From IMG/VR virus record IMGVR_UViG_3300027660_000001: DNA of 50,347 nucleotides; one strand, given 5' to 3'. The translations under genes were made by a program, and so were the position numbers. The notes beneath the pieces were generated by a model. It was given only the letters and a program-made list of their open reading frames with translations. It was not told the DNA's origin and ran no database searches. Below, in pieces: positions 15,584-24,800 of the stretch (position 1 is its first letter; each line of letters starts with the position of its first letter). Source of the DNA: a virus.

Positions 15584-16758
15584 GAAATTTTCCAGACTGG
15601 TTAGCTGCGTACATAGAGTATGCTGGGTTCAGTGAAGCACCTAAACGTATGCATTTTTGGTCAGCTGTCTCAGCTATTGCTGGAGCGCTAAGACGGCGGG
15701 TATGGCTGAACATGGGCTATTATCGTTGGTGTGTGAATCACTACATCGTTTTTGTGGCCCCTCCAGGTATAGTATCTAAATCAACTACTGTAGCAATCGC
15801 GATGGATATTCTGCGAAAGGTGCCAGGTATAGCTTGGGGACCAGATATTGTTACATGGCCTGCTTTAGTTACAGCCTTCGCAGCCTCTATGGAATCGTTT
15901 ACTGTAGAAGAAGATTACCATACTCAGTGTGCTCTTACTCTAGAAAGCTCTGAGTTTGGTAACCTTGTTAATCCAACTGATCGAGAAATGATTGACCTAC
16001 TGGTGACATTATGGGATTCAAAGCAGGGCGGGTTCAGCAAGGTAACCAAGAACTCGGGGAGCGACAAGATCGAAAACCCGTTCATAAACCTGATCGCTTG
16101 TACAACCCCCGCATGGATAGCCGGGAACTTTCCAGAATATGTCATAGGTGGCGGATTCACTTCTCGATGTCTGTTTGTTTATACAGATCAGAAGGAAAAA
16201 CTTGTGGCCTACCCAATTTATCATATTCCTCCAGGAATGAAAGAGACGCAAGCGAGGTTGGCCGCGGACTTGGAGCACATCGCTACAAATCTTGTCGGGC
16301 CGTATGTGCTGTCGGGAGAGGCGAGGGAGTGGGGGGAGAGCTGGTATCAACATCATTACAGCCATCCGCCGGCCGCCCTCCAGGACGAGAAGTTCGGAGG
16401 GTATCTGGCGAGGAAGCAGACCCATTTGCACAAACTGGCGATGATAATTGCGGCGGCAACGCGGGATGAACTGGTGATTACGGCAGAGGATCTTCAGCTG
16501 GCGAACGTCCAAATCACTGACCTTGAGGTTGACATGCCCAAGGTCTTTGCCCGAATCGGGAGGAGTGAAGATTCAATACAAGCTGAGAGGCTGGTTCAGT
16601 TTGTGATCAAGAACTCTCCAGTGAGCTACTCGGCGGCCTACCAGTTCATTCATCACGCCTTCCCTTTCTGCAGTGATTTCGAAGGCATCGTTGTGGGAGC
16701 AGCACAAGCGGGGCTGATTAAATTCAACAAAGAGACTTGGATGTTGATGAAGCCTTGA
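15580..16758 (+). CDS. DUF3987-like P-loop ATPase (putative replicative helicase/primase-associated)
   Basis: 392 aa. Degenerate Walker A VAPPGIVSKSTT, acidic TLESSEF, and the GGGFTSRCLFV pattern resemble DUF3987 proteins. Last gene of the plus arm. Confidence 0.45.
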   Translation: MRNFPDWLAAYIEYAGFSEAPKRMHFWSAVSAIAGALRRRVWLNMGYYRWCVNHYIVFVAPPGIVSKSTTVAIAMDILRKVPGIAWGPDIVTWPALVTAFAASMESFTVEEDYHTQCALTLESSEFGNLVNPTDREMIDLLVTLWDSKQGGFSKVTKNSGSDKIENPFINLIACTTPAWIAGNFPEYVIGGGFTSRCLFVYTDQKEKLVAYPIYHIPPGMKETQARLAADLEHIATNLVGPYVLSGEAREWGESWYQHHYSHPPAALQDEKFGGYLARKQTHLHKLAMIIAAATRDELVITAEDLQLANVQITDLEVDMPKVFARIGRSEDSIQAERLVQFVIKNSPVSYSAAYQFIHHAFPFCSDFEGIVVGAAQAGLIKFNKETWMLMKP

Positions 16759-16762
16759 GTGG

Positions 16763-16796
16763 TGTACGTGCAAAACGGACGGATAATCCACGTACA
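16763..16796. terminator. hairpin in the 38-nt convergent gap (bidirectional terminator candidate)
   Basis: TGTACGTG (16763-16770) and CACGTACA (16789-16796), an 8-bp stem with an 18-nt loop. No U-tract. Confidence 0.3.
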
Positions 16797-17375
16797 TCAA
16801 ACCGCCCTGATCCTTGCCCCCAGATCACTCGCCAGATAAACACCCCAAGAAGGCAGGTTTGTGTGAGGGGCGAAGAAGTCCGAATGCCCCGAGACCTTTG
16901 GGAGCAAAGGAGTTGCCCCGCAATCAACGTTGGTGATCAGAGGATCACTGCCCTCATACCCTCCGTGACCCATTTCCCCCCAGACCGGATCGACAATGCC
17001 GAGACGCTGGGCGATCTGTGCCGCCTCCGTGATCTGGTCGCCGGGGTTGAAGTAAACCCTGATCCACGGGCAGCCCGCCGGCCGAGTGATTTTCTGCTCC
17101 AGCGCCGCGTTGATAAAGATCGCGCCGGCGACCACTACCCCCTGGCGCATCAGGTCGTAGGCGATTGCGCAGCCATTCGAATGGCCAATGATTATGTCCT
17201 TCGGGCCGATGTAGGGCATTAAGGCTCCAACGATAATCGGGTTGACCAGCCTGGTTTCGAGACCCAAGATGTAGCCGTAATCGGGATACTTGACCTCCCA
17301 CTTCGACAGAAAAGGGATCAAGCCTTCGACCAGGCTTGTCCCTTCGGTGTGGATTCCATGGATCAGGTGGATCAC
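16797..17375 (-). CDS. alpha/beta-hydrolase fold serine esterase/lipase-like protein
   Basis: 192 aa with a GTG start (GTGA overlap). N-terminal IHLIHGIH, nucleophile elbow GHSNG, C-terminal GHSD. Last gene of the late operon, after the holin-like genes. Confidence 0.7.
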   Translation of the reverse strand: MIHLIHGIHTEGTSLVEGLIPFLSKWEVKYPDYGYILGLETRLVNPIIVGALMPYIGPKDIIIGHSNGCAIAYDLMRQGVVVAGAIFINAALEQKITRPAGCPWIRVYFNPGDQITEAAQIAQRLGIVDPVWGEMGHGGYEGSDPLITNVDCGATPLLPKVSGHSDFFAPHTNLPSWGVYLASDLGARIRAV

Positions 17376-17644
17376 GGAGCCGCGACCGCCGCCGTCGAGA
17401 CTGCTGCAGAGCCTTGAAGAGCCTGGAGCTTGGCTGTGAGGGCAGCTACCTCTTGCTGCAGCAACGACGTAGCTCCGGCGAGTAAGGCCGCTGGCGCGTT
17501 GCCGAGGACATAAGCCTCGGCGGCCTCAACACCCAGAACCCCAGGTTGCTTCTCTAAAATCTGCAGCGCTCCAATGGCTACAGGAAGCAAATCAACCTCC
17601 AAATTACTCTTGATCAGATCTAGAAGACTGTTGACATTACTCAT
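17372..17644 (-). CDS. Ala/Leu-rich small protein (90 aa), lysis-cassette member
   Basis: Track ORF 17372..17731 trimmed to ATG 17644, which is preceded by aggaga and lies after the stop of the upstream ORF at 17655. Confidence 0.5.
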   Translation of the reverse strand: MSNVNSLLDLIKSNLEVDLLPVAIGALQILEKQPGVLGVEAAEAYVLGNAPAALLAGATSLLQQEVAALTAKLQALQGSAAVSTAAVAAP

Positions 17645-17654
17645 CTGCGTTCTC

Positions 17655-18065
17655 CTACTTTTTAAGTGTTTCATCGACCATCGTACGAAATTCGCCACTT
17701 GTGGCAGCACGCTCCTTCTCCATCGCAACACCCTCGTTGCGGCCTTGGAGCAGGTTCGAGGTAGCGGTGGCGGCGACCAGAGCGTCTTTCATGTGGTTCG
17801 TAGCCACCTCAACCGTTTTCACATTGGTCTTGACTTCTGCGACTGTAGCAACCACTGCATTCAAGACATCGTGAGTAAGAGCTTGAGCCTCATGAACAGT
17901 ATCGACCTTGGCGATAGCTGTATCGACCTTTTTATCAGTAGCCTCTCCCTTCGCGGTGTTGATGTCTATCTTGCCGGAATTGCGAATGCTGATATAAACC
18001 CCAGCCATCGAGGTGACGAAGGCGGCGAGGGCGGAGAGAAGAGTGGTGATTTCTGCTACTGTCAT
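17655..18065 (-). CDS. N-terminally membrane-anchored helical protein (136 aa)
   Basis: TM-like ITTLLSALAAFVTSMAGVYISI followed by a long helical region. ATGA overlap at 18062-18065. Confidence 0.6.
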   Translation of the reverse strand: MTVAEITTLLSALAAFVTSMAGVYISIRNSGKIDINTAKGEATDKKVDTAIAKVDTVHEAQALTHDVLNAVVATVAEVKTNVKTVEVATNHMKDALVAATATSNLLQGRNEGVAMEKERAATSGEFRTMVDETLKK

Positions 18066-18298
18066 GTGAACTCCGCTTTTAACTTATCAATCTCTTCAAT
18101 CACCCAGTCCACCTTCTCTACAATCACGGTGATTTGGCTTTGAAAATCACTCAGCACAGCGTTGGTTGCGTCATTAGCGCTGGATAGATTCGTCCTAGCC
18201 GCCTCGATCGCGGCAAGCATGACAGCAAGGTCTGTAACGGTTCCTCTGAGGGCTTCCAGAGTCTTAACCGCCTTCTCATAACGGGTTATTCGACTCAA
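18062..18298 (-). CDS. coiled-coil protein (78 aa, TTG start)
   Basis: Track ORF. The TTG start overlaps the stop of the 52-aa ORF (cattga). Confidence 0.5.
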   Translation of the reverse strand: MSRITRYEKAVKTLEALRGTVTDLAVMLAAIEAARTNLSSANDATNAVLSDFQSQITVIVEKVDWVIEEIDKLKAEFT

Positions 18299-18453
18299 TG
18301 AAGCACCGAGCCGCCGGCTCGATTAAGGGCCTCGGCGATGCAGAGCAGTAAGACCGAAATCCAAAGGATCGGCGCCGGACGCATGGCAGATAGAATGGCA
18401 ATGATTGCTGCGCCGATGATTAAGACAAATACAAGCCCAACTATAATACTCAT
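18295..18453 (-). CDS. holin-like two-helix membrane mini-protein (52 aa)
   Basis: Manual translation MSIIVGLVFVLIIGAAIIAILSAMRPAPILWISVLLLCIAEALNRAGGSVLH. SD gaggaa lies 6 nt upstream. Below the track cut-off. Confidence 0.55.
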   Translation of the reverse strand: MSIIVGLVFVLIIGAAIIAILSAMRPAPILWISVLLLCIAEALNRAGGSVLH

Positions 18454-18468
18454 GATAATTTCCTCAGA

Positions 18469-20184
18469 TTAAACAGTCGGATAAGACCCACAGATGGTCA
18501 ACCCTACACACGATGCCGGGAGGGGGATATTACTAAGCGCCCCCGTTCCCGGCGCCCACTGCCACAGACTGATCGTGGTGGCATTCTGATTCACGTTCCC
18601 CTGCAGCATGTTGCCCGCCGTGATCGGCAGACCGTTGGCGCGAATCGTCACTGCGTAAATCGTTGAGTTAGACGAGGTGTACGGCAGCCCGTTGATCTGG
18701 ATGCTGCCGGTGCCCGTATGCGCGGTCCAGGCTAGGTTGATCTGAAACTCAACCATGTCGTCGAGCAGCGTGTACTTTCCGATCTGCGAGGTGTAGGTGC
18801 CGACTCCCGCGGTCGTCGTACCCACTGCCGTGACGGTGAAGATGCCGCGATTTTGGAACGTATTATTGAACACATTGACGAGGGACACGCTGCCAGAAAG
18901 AACTGTTAATCCTTCGTTGAAGTTATTGTTATTGATCAGCACATTGGTCGAAGCCGCAGTGGCGTCATCGGTCAGAATGCTGGAGCCATTGGTGTTGCCG
19001 TTGGTGGTATTGCCGACGACTGTGCCGTTGCCAGAATTAGCACCAACGTAAATGCCGTAGCCAGAGTTATTATAGCTTACGTTACCTGTAACGCTGCAGT
19101 AGGCAGAACCGAAGAGATGAATGCCTGAGCCGTTCGAGCCCACGCCGCCGCCCAAGACTCCGTAGACCACATTGCCAGTTACGCTTGAATAGTTACAAAT
19201 TTCAATGTTGATACCGACGGCCTGGTTGGTAGGGCCTAAGCAGTTGTAGACGATATTATTCGCACATACTGCATACACATCTGCCCCACCAGTTCCTTCG
19301 ATATCGATGCCGTTATACAAGCTGATGTTATAGAACAGGTTCCCGGTGACGATGACGTTTTGCGCAGGATAAAAGAGTGAGATCCCTTGGCCCACGTTAT
19401 AGCCGGTGCAATTGCTGATCTGCCAGTTCTTGCCCCCGCCGCCTACCCCGCCGCAGGCGAAGGCATTGTCCGACCACTCGTGTGCGGTCACGGCGTAGAT
19501 GCGCACGCTATCGACGTAGTTGCAGAGCACACCGCTCCCGGTGGTATTGCCGGTGCCGTAGGTGCCCGCGCCTACTAGCTGCACGTTATCGACCTGGGCG
19601 TTCGCCAGGTGCGTACCAGAAGTACCAGTAAAGGTAATGCCGCTATAGCGGTGGGTGGTATCGGTAAAGTTAATGATCGAAGAAGGTCCGTCACCTGTAA
19701 CACGTACGTTAGAAGCGGTAATATTGACGTTAGTGCTACAGGTGTAAGCCCCTCCTGGCACGTAGATGGCTCCACCTGCAACGCTTGCAACCGCAATAGC
19801 CTTGGTAAAGGCGTTTACATGATCAGGATCGGCTAGAGCTTTATAGCGTAGCAGGTTTAAAGGTGCGTAGCTAAGATTGGCTGGTGTGACTGAAGCCGTC
19901 ACTTCGGCGGCGGTTTGCGGGTATAACTGGCCGCCGATATAAGCCTGGTTAACCGCCGCCAGCGAGGTTCCTCCAAGCGCAGCCAAGCCCGCCGCCGCCG
20001 TCGTTTGACCAGTTCCGCCGCCAGCAATCGTCATCGGCGGCGAAATCCCCAAAGCAGTCAAAGCCTGTGCTGGAGTCGACGCTCCAGCCATGACAGAGTT
20101 GACCAGCACGTCGACTGCATTCAGCCAAGCCGCCGACACATCCGGGCCGACTCCATCAACGTAATTCTTTGGTGTAAAGGTCAT
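18469..20184 (-). CDS. tailspike/depolymerase with right-handed parallel beta-helix (pectate-lyase fold)
   Basis: 571 aa. Shows GAIYVPGGAYTC plus a periodic run of Asn/Gly-rich repeats (VTGNLFYN, CANNIVYNC, VTGNVVYGV, VTGNVSYNNSGYGIYVG, GNTTNGN). Located at the T7 gp17-equivalent position. Confidence 0.7.
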   Translation of the reverse strand: MTFTPKNYVDGVGPDVSAAWLNAVDVLVNSVMAGASTPAQALTALGISPPMTIAGGGTGQTTAAAGLAALGGTSLAAVNQAYIGGQLYPQTAAEVTASVTPANLSYAPLNLLRYKALADPDHVNAFTKAIAVASVAGGAIYVPGGAYTCSTNVNITASNVRVTGDGPSSIINFTDTTHRYSGITFTGTSGTHLANAQVDNVQLVGAGTYGTGNTTGSGVLCNYVDSVRIYAVTAHEWSDNAFACGGVGGGGKNWQISNCTGYNVGQGISLFYPAQNVIVTGNLFYNISLYNGIDIEGTGGADVYAVCANNIVYNCLGPTNQAVGINIEICNYSSVTGNVVYGVLGGGVGSNGSGIHLFGSAYCSVTGNVSYNNSGYGIYVGANSGNGTVVGNTTNGNTNGSSILTDDATAASTNVLINNNNFNEGLTVLSGSVSLVNVFNNTFQNRGIFTVTAVGTTTAGVGTYTSQIGKYTLLDDMVEFQINLAWTAHTGTGSIQINGLPYTSSNSTIYAVTIRANGLPITAGNMLQGNVNQNATTISLWQWAPGTGALSNIPLPASCVGLTICGSYPTV

Positions 20185-20516
20185 GAGTAGAAAGACTCCA
20201 CCGGGATATGAACGTTATTTCCAGGGATCATGCAGCCTGGGATGGCGAGGCCAGGGATAGCCGACCGGTCGTTGATGGTGCAGAAGGTGATGTTGATATC
20301 GTTATCTGGTTGAACCCAAGGCGGGGTTTGAATGTCCTGAACTCCGCGAACAAAATCTTGGGGCTGCCGCGGCTCGTTACAGCGAGGATGCCGCCACATT
20401 CCTTGCCAGTTTCTGACCAGCTCAGAAGCCTTAGCCTTTGCACCACATATGCTGCAACGGGCGTTCCAATCTCCAGGTTGCCAGAAATCAGCTGGGCCTT
20501 TAACCAGACTACCCAT
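20181..20516 (-). CDS. Cys-containing tail-associated hypothetical protein (111 aa)
   Basis: CSICGAKAKASELVRNWQGMWRHPRC pattern. Overlaps both neighbours. Confidence 0.5.
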   Translation of the reverse strand: MGSLVKGPADFWQPGDWNARCSICGAKAKASELVRNWQGMWRHPRCNEPRQPQDFVRGVQDIQTPPWVQPDNDINITFCTINDRSAIPGLAIPGCMIPGNNVHIPVESFYS

Positions 20517-21831
20517 AAGTCATTCCCTCGGCGAAGCCATGCTTTTGAAGCTCGGGAAGTTCTGCTTCAAGGCGTTTCCCAATATCTGTACGGAATAAGA
20601 TATTGCTTGGCCATTTGATTTCCCAAGCAATATCGTATGCCGCCTTCGCCGCCGCCTCGACTGTTTTCCCCGAACCCGTCACCACAGCCACATAAGTCCC
20701 TCCAGTCAGCATCATCAGCGGCCGTTGAAGCTTCCCGTCTTTCCAGGCAAATCCCTTGCCTTGCTTAACCTGCTGGAAATGAATGTGCTCAGAATTCTTC
20801 TCCGTCACTCCATAGATAGGGAAATCAGCCCACTTTTCTGGAGGATCATTTTCGTGAGGAAAGTCCCCGTGAGCCATCACCACGCCCAAGGCGATCTTGG
20901 TCGAAACGTCCAGGGTATCCTTCCCTTCGATCAAATCCTTCATCACTTGAATAGTGTCATTCTGAAAAACCTCCAGCCGAATATTCAGATCCGGCCAGCC
21001 CAGTCGCATAGTGAATTCCAGCGGCCACGCAGTCCCCTTCGAATCGACCATGCAATTAACTGAGCAATCTCCCACATAGTTAATGGAGTGTAAATAGTCC
21101 GTGATCGGGTCGAGGATTTGGTCAAAGAGCTTGGACCTGCGAACATGACGAACAACGGTTCCCATCTCGCCTGTGTTGCCGCCGAGATCGTCGTTGAGGA
21201 ATTTCTTATGCTCGAAGGATTCCTCAAGAGCCCTCGACCACCCCCCAGGGCCGAACCATCCAGCGATTCCAATTTCAATCCCACTGATCTTCTCCTGCAT
21301 CATCAATTGGCCTTTGAATAACTCTTCCCGCTTCCACTTTTCCAGGGTAAAGATCCCGTCCTCCGGCTCGGCGGCTACGTAGGTCAACGCACAGTCCTCT
21401 GTACCTCCCCAGGGTTTCATCGCGTAAGCCTTACCCGTTTCTTTAATAAGCGCAATACCCTCCTCTGGGCTGGAGACAACTTCGAAAGGAATTGTGGGGA
21501 CTCCATAGCGCTTAAGAACTTCTTGACCTCTTCCTCGGTCGAGTTCGAGTTCTGCGCCTTTAATATTTGAGCCAAAAATCGGATAGCTTCGGCCAAAGTA
21601 GTCGTTGAGGGGAGAGGAATACTTGTTGTTTCCTGTGAGGATAATGAGGTCAGCCCAGTCCATAGAAGGTTCCCACTCGGAGGGCTTTTCCAAAAGCCCA
21701 TCACCGTAAGGCCGCGGCTTTCCGGCCCTCGTTGGCATCCAATACCTCAAATCATGCCCTTCGTCCTGGGCGCGTAGCGCCAGGCTGATGCCGGTCCCGC
21801 CGCCTTCGACGTCGAAGACCAGAACTCTCAC
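20509..21831 (-). CDS. PurD-like ATP-grasp ligase (phosphoribosylamine-glycine ligase homolog, divergent)
   Basis: 440 aa, collinear with PurD. MRVLVFDVEGGG vs MKVLVIGNGG; GGNTGEMGT vs GPNTGGMGA; EFTMRLGWPD vs EFNCRFGDPE; LGVVMAHGDFP; TGGTYVAVVTGSGKTVEAAAKAAY...FRTDIG. The ADGLAAGKGV segment is replaced by KPWGGTEDCALTYV. Confidence 0.75.
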   Translation of the reverse strand: MRVLVFDVEGGGTGISLALRAQDEGHDLRYWMPTRAGKPRPYGDGLLEKPSEWEPSMDWADLIILTGNNKYSSPLNDYFGRSYPIFGSNIKGAELELDRGRGQEVLKRYGVPTIPFEVVSSPEEGIALIKETGKAYAMKPWGGTEDCALTYVAAEPEDGIFTLEKWKREELFKGQLMMQEKISGIEIGIAGWFGPGGWSRALEESFEHKKFLNDDLGGNTGEMGTVVRHVRRSKLFDQILDPITDYLHSINYVGDCSVNCMVDSKGTAWPLEFTMRLGWPDLNIRLEVFQNDTIQVMKDLIEGKDTLDVSTKIALGVVMAHGDFPHENDPPEKWADFPIYGVTEKNSEHIHFQQVKQGKGFAWKDGKLQRPLMMLTGGTYVAVVTGSGKTVEAAAKAAYDIAWEIKWPSNILFRTDIGKRLEAELPELQKHGFAEGMTYG

Positions 21832-24800
21832 TCCTCGGACTCCCTTTCATACTTCGCCCTCTTCTGCTTCGAAACATGCCTAAGATACTCCTCACGCTCT
21901 TCAGGTTTCATTTGGTCCAACAGAGGCTTTTGCTGCGCCCACTGTAACTTCGAAAACATATAAACGTTTATGTCGAAGTCCTGATCCTTGTTGAACTGCT
22001 TCTGCATCTTGGCCGTATCCTTGGGATCGAGGTCATAATCCTTGACCATTTGATCCAGCTTGGCCTCGTACTTGTCCCCGTCCTCAGACTTGTCAGATTT
22101 AAACAGCCGCCGGAGTTCCTTCGTATCCTTCGACATTTGAACGGCCTGGAAAGGCTTTTTCTTCGGTCTAACATAGTCGTTGAACGCCGCATTGATCTGG
22201 CCTTCAACAGCCGTTCGATCAATGTACTTCCCTGCCGGAGAGAAGCCCGCAACCGACAGCCCTCGCATTTTGGGCGCTGCGCTTTCGTCCTGTAATCCAA
22301 TGTCCTTCATGCTAATCGGTTCGAAGTCTCCATACATGTTCTGCAAGGTTTGTTCGAGTTGCTTGAAAGGTGCTCCCTTGGGATCACGGATTTCATTGTC
22401 CAGACCGTTGAGGCCGGTGAGAACTGTTTTGGAAAGGTCATACATCCCAGAGCCTTTAGACCAGACAAAGTCACTCACGCCCGAAGCAACGCCTTCTTGC
22501 TGAATATGTTTGGTCAGCGAAGAACCCTCGTGGGTGTAGAAGGGGGTGTTGAGGCGAATGGGCTTGCCGTATTCGTCTTTCTCTCCAGAATCTGGGTTAG
22601 TGTAATCTAGGATGCCTTCAGGCTTTCGATGGGCAAGCCAATAGGTCATCCAGCCGCCGATCGTGAGGGCAGTAGCGACATAGTTCATGACGAAAAGAGG
22701 TCGGGAGGCTGTGCCTTCCCTAACCGAGCCTTTGCCTACGAGCAGCTTCGCGGCATCTACAGCTCCGCCGCCGTACTGGTCGAGCAGGCCTAGCTGCCAC
22801 CCAAGACTCAGGGTCAATCCAGTCCCAATGTCCTTGGCCATTTTATGCATCAGCATCGTGTCGTAGTTCATCTCGCCGTAGCGGGATTCAACCCTTCGTG
22901 TAATCCCGCGAAAAGCCATTTGGCGTTCGCCATCCGCAGCCTTGGGATTCATTTCTCTCCAGGCTCGAACGTCTTTGATATATGCTGCAGTTTTGAGCGA
23001 GGGGATCCAGAGGTTGTAGATAGGATAGTTCAAGCCAGAGAGCGCAGCCATCGGAAGGCGGAAAATAGCCCCGCTCGAATGTTGGCGAACAGCGTCCTTC
23101 CACTTTTGCATTTGGCCTGAAGTCTCTTCCTTCGGACGGACAGGAATGAAGCCGCCGTCAGCCATATCGAAAGAGGCTGCTTTGTCTGCGTCGCTTAAAG
23201 AGGAAAATTCTCTCTTGCCCTGGAAGAACCTCAAAAGCGGCCACCCAGTTCGAGGGTTATCCCACCAGGCACGGTAGAGAATGCCGGCGGCTCCAACAGG
23301 CGAGGTCGGAGTTCCGGTGGCAAGTTGGGTCATCAAATTCCGGACGTTCTTTGCTGACGGATTTGTTAAGGCTAGTTCTTGAGCCCGAGTCATATCAGCC
23401 GCCGCGTCGATATGAGTCACGTGAAGAGGGTGGAAGCCACTCCACATTAGCTTAATCGGTACGACAGCGTTCTTCGCTCCCATCCAGCCGCGGAAGGCTT
23501 GGCTGGTTCCTCGGGCCAGGGGCGAGCCTTGAAGGTTCCACAAAGTCGGCGAATCATAGGCATTATACAAAATCTTTTGCGCAGCTTCTTTCACCCAGTA
23601 TCTCTGCCCCGTAGGCGACCTCGCGGCTTTATCATAATATCCTGGTGGAGCAACCTCCTTACCCTTCTCAGCCCTGATTGCAATCCCTCGCTTTTCAAAG
23701 TCAGCCAGCAGATTCGTTCTAAGTTGAGCGATGTCAGAAGCGTGTTGGCGAGCCTGCATAATCTCTTCAGGATTGGTGTACTTAGGCGTGAAACCCTGAG
23801 CAATCGCTTCCTTGTAGAGGTCGAAGCTTCTTTCCTTGATAAACCTCGGATCGGCCCAACGATTAGCGTATTTGCCTTTAAGCCAGTTAAGAGCCCCGTC
23901 CCCGTCAACAAAGATATGGGCAAAGTAATGATCTCGAGGATCGTATTCCAGGCCAGTTTTCATATCCTGTTTATACATATCGTCGTTCCACTTAGCATAG
24001 AATAGACGATTTTCTTCCCATTGCTTGTTGGCGAATTTGATGCCTTTCTCTGCACCTTCGAGAAATTTCAGGCTGACTTCCTTGCCCATGGCGATAAAGT
24101 AATTCCGGCGATCCTTGCCGCGTTCCCAGTATAAGAGTTGCCGCCGAGACTCCTCGTACTTGGCCTGGACGACAGCCACTCCGGCTTTCTTCGCGTCGAT
24201 CCCGAGGGCTTCGGGGTTAAAGGTCTCAAAAATGCCTTCATAAACCCGGGCGAGTTTGGCTTCAGCGATTTTGAGAGAAGGAGATTTTTCCTTCAGCCAG
24301 TTGAAAGCGTCGGAGACTTGTTGCTTGGTAACCGGGATTCCCATGTTGAAGTGGACGATCCCGTCGTCCTTGGGTGCAGGGTCGGCGGCATCACGCTTAG
24401 CGGCTTCGCCCTCGCGGATCGCAGCGTTCTTGGGGATGACCTCGGGCTGGAACTTGTGGACCATTCCTTCCTCGGCATCGCGGCGGCGAGCGATGGATTC
24501 GCGATGAGCCGCCCGTTCCTCGGGAGTCATCGTCATGTTGACGGCTTCGTAACCCTCCTGAACCGCGGTGCGCATGACGGCGCTGAGGCGTTCAGGAGTC
24601 ATGCGGCGAAGCATCGCGGCATGGCGGGCGGCATCTGAAACCACATCAGCAACAGGGGCACCAACAGAAGTTTTGCCTTTTGGAGAGCGTGTTTCAGGCT
24701 GAGGTTCCTTCGCCGGCATCTGACGCTTGAGCATTTCGGCATGCTGCTCTACCGCTGAAGTAGTGGATTCACTCGCCGCGCCCTTGATCGTCAGAATATC

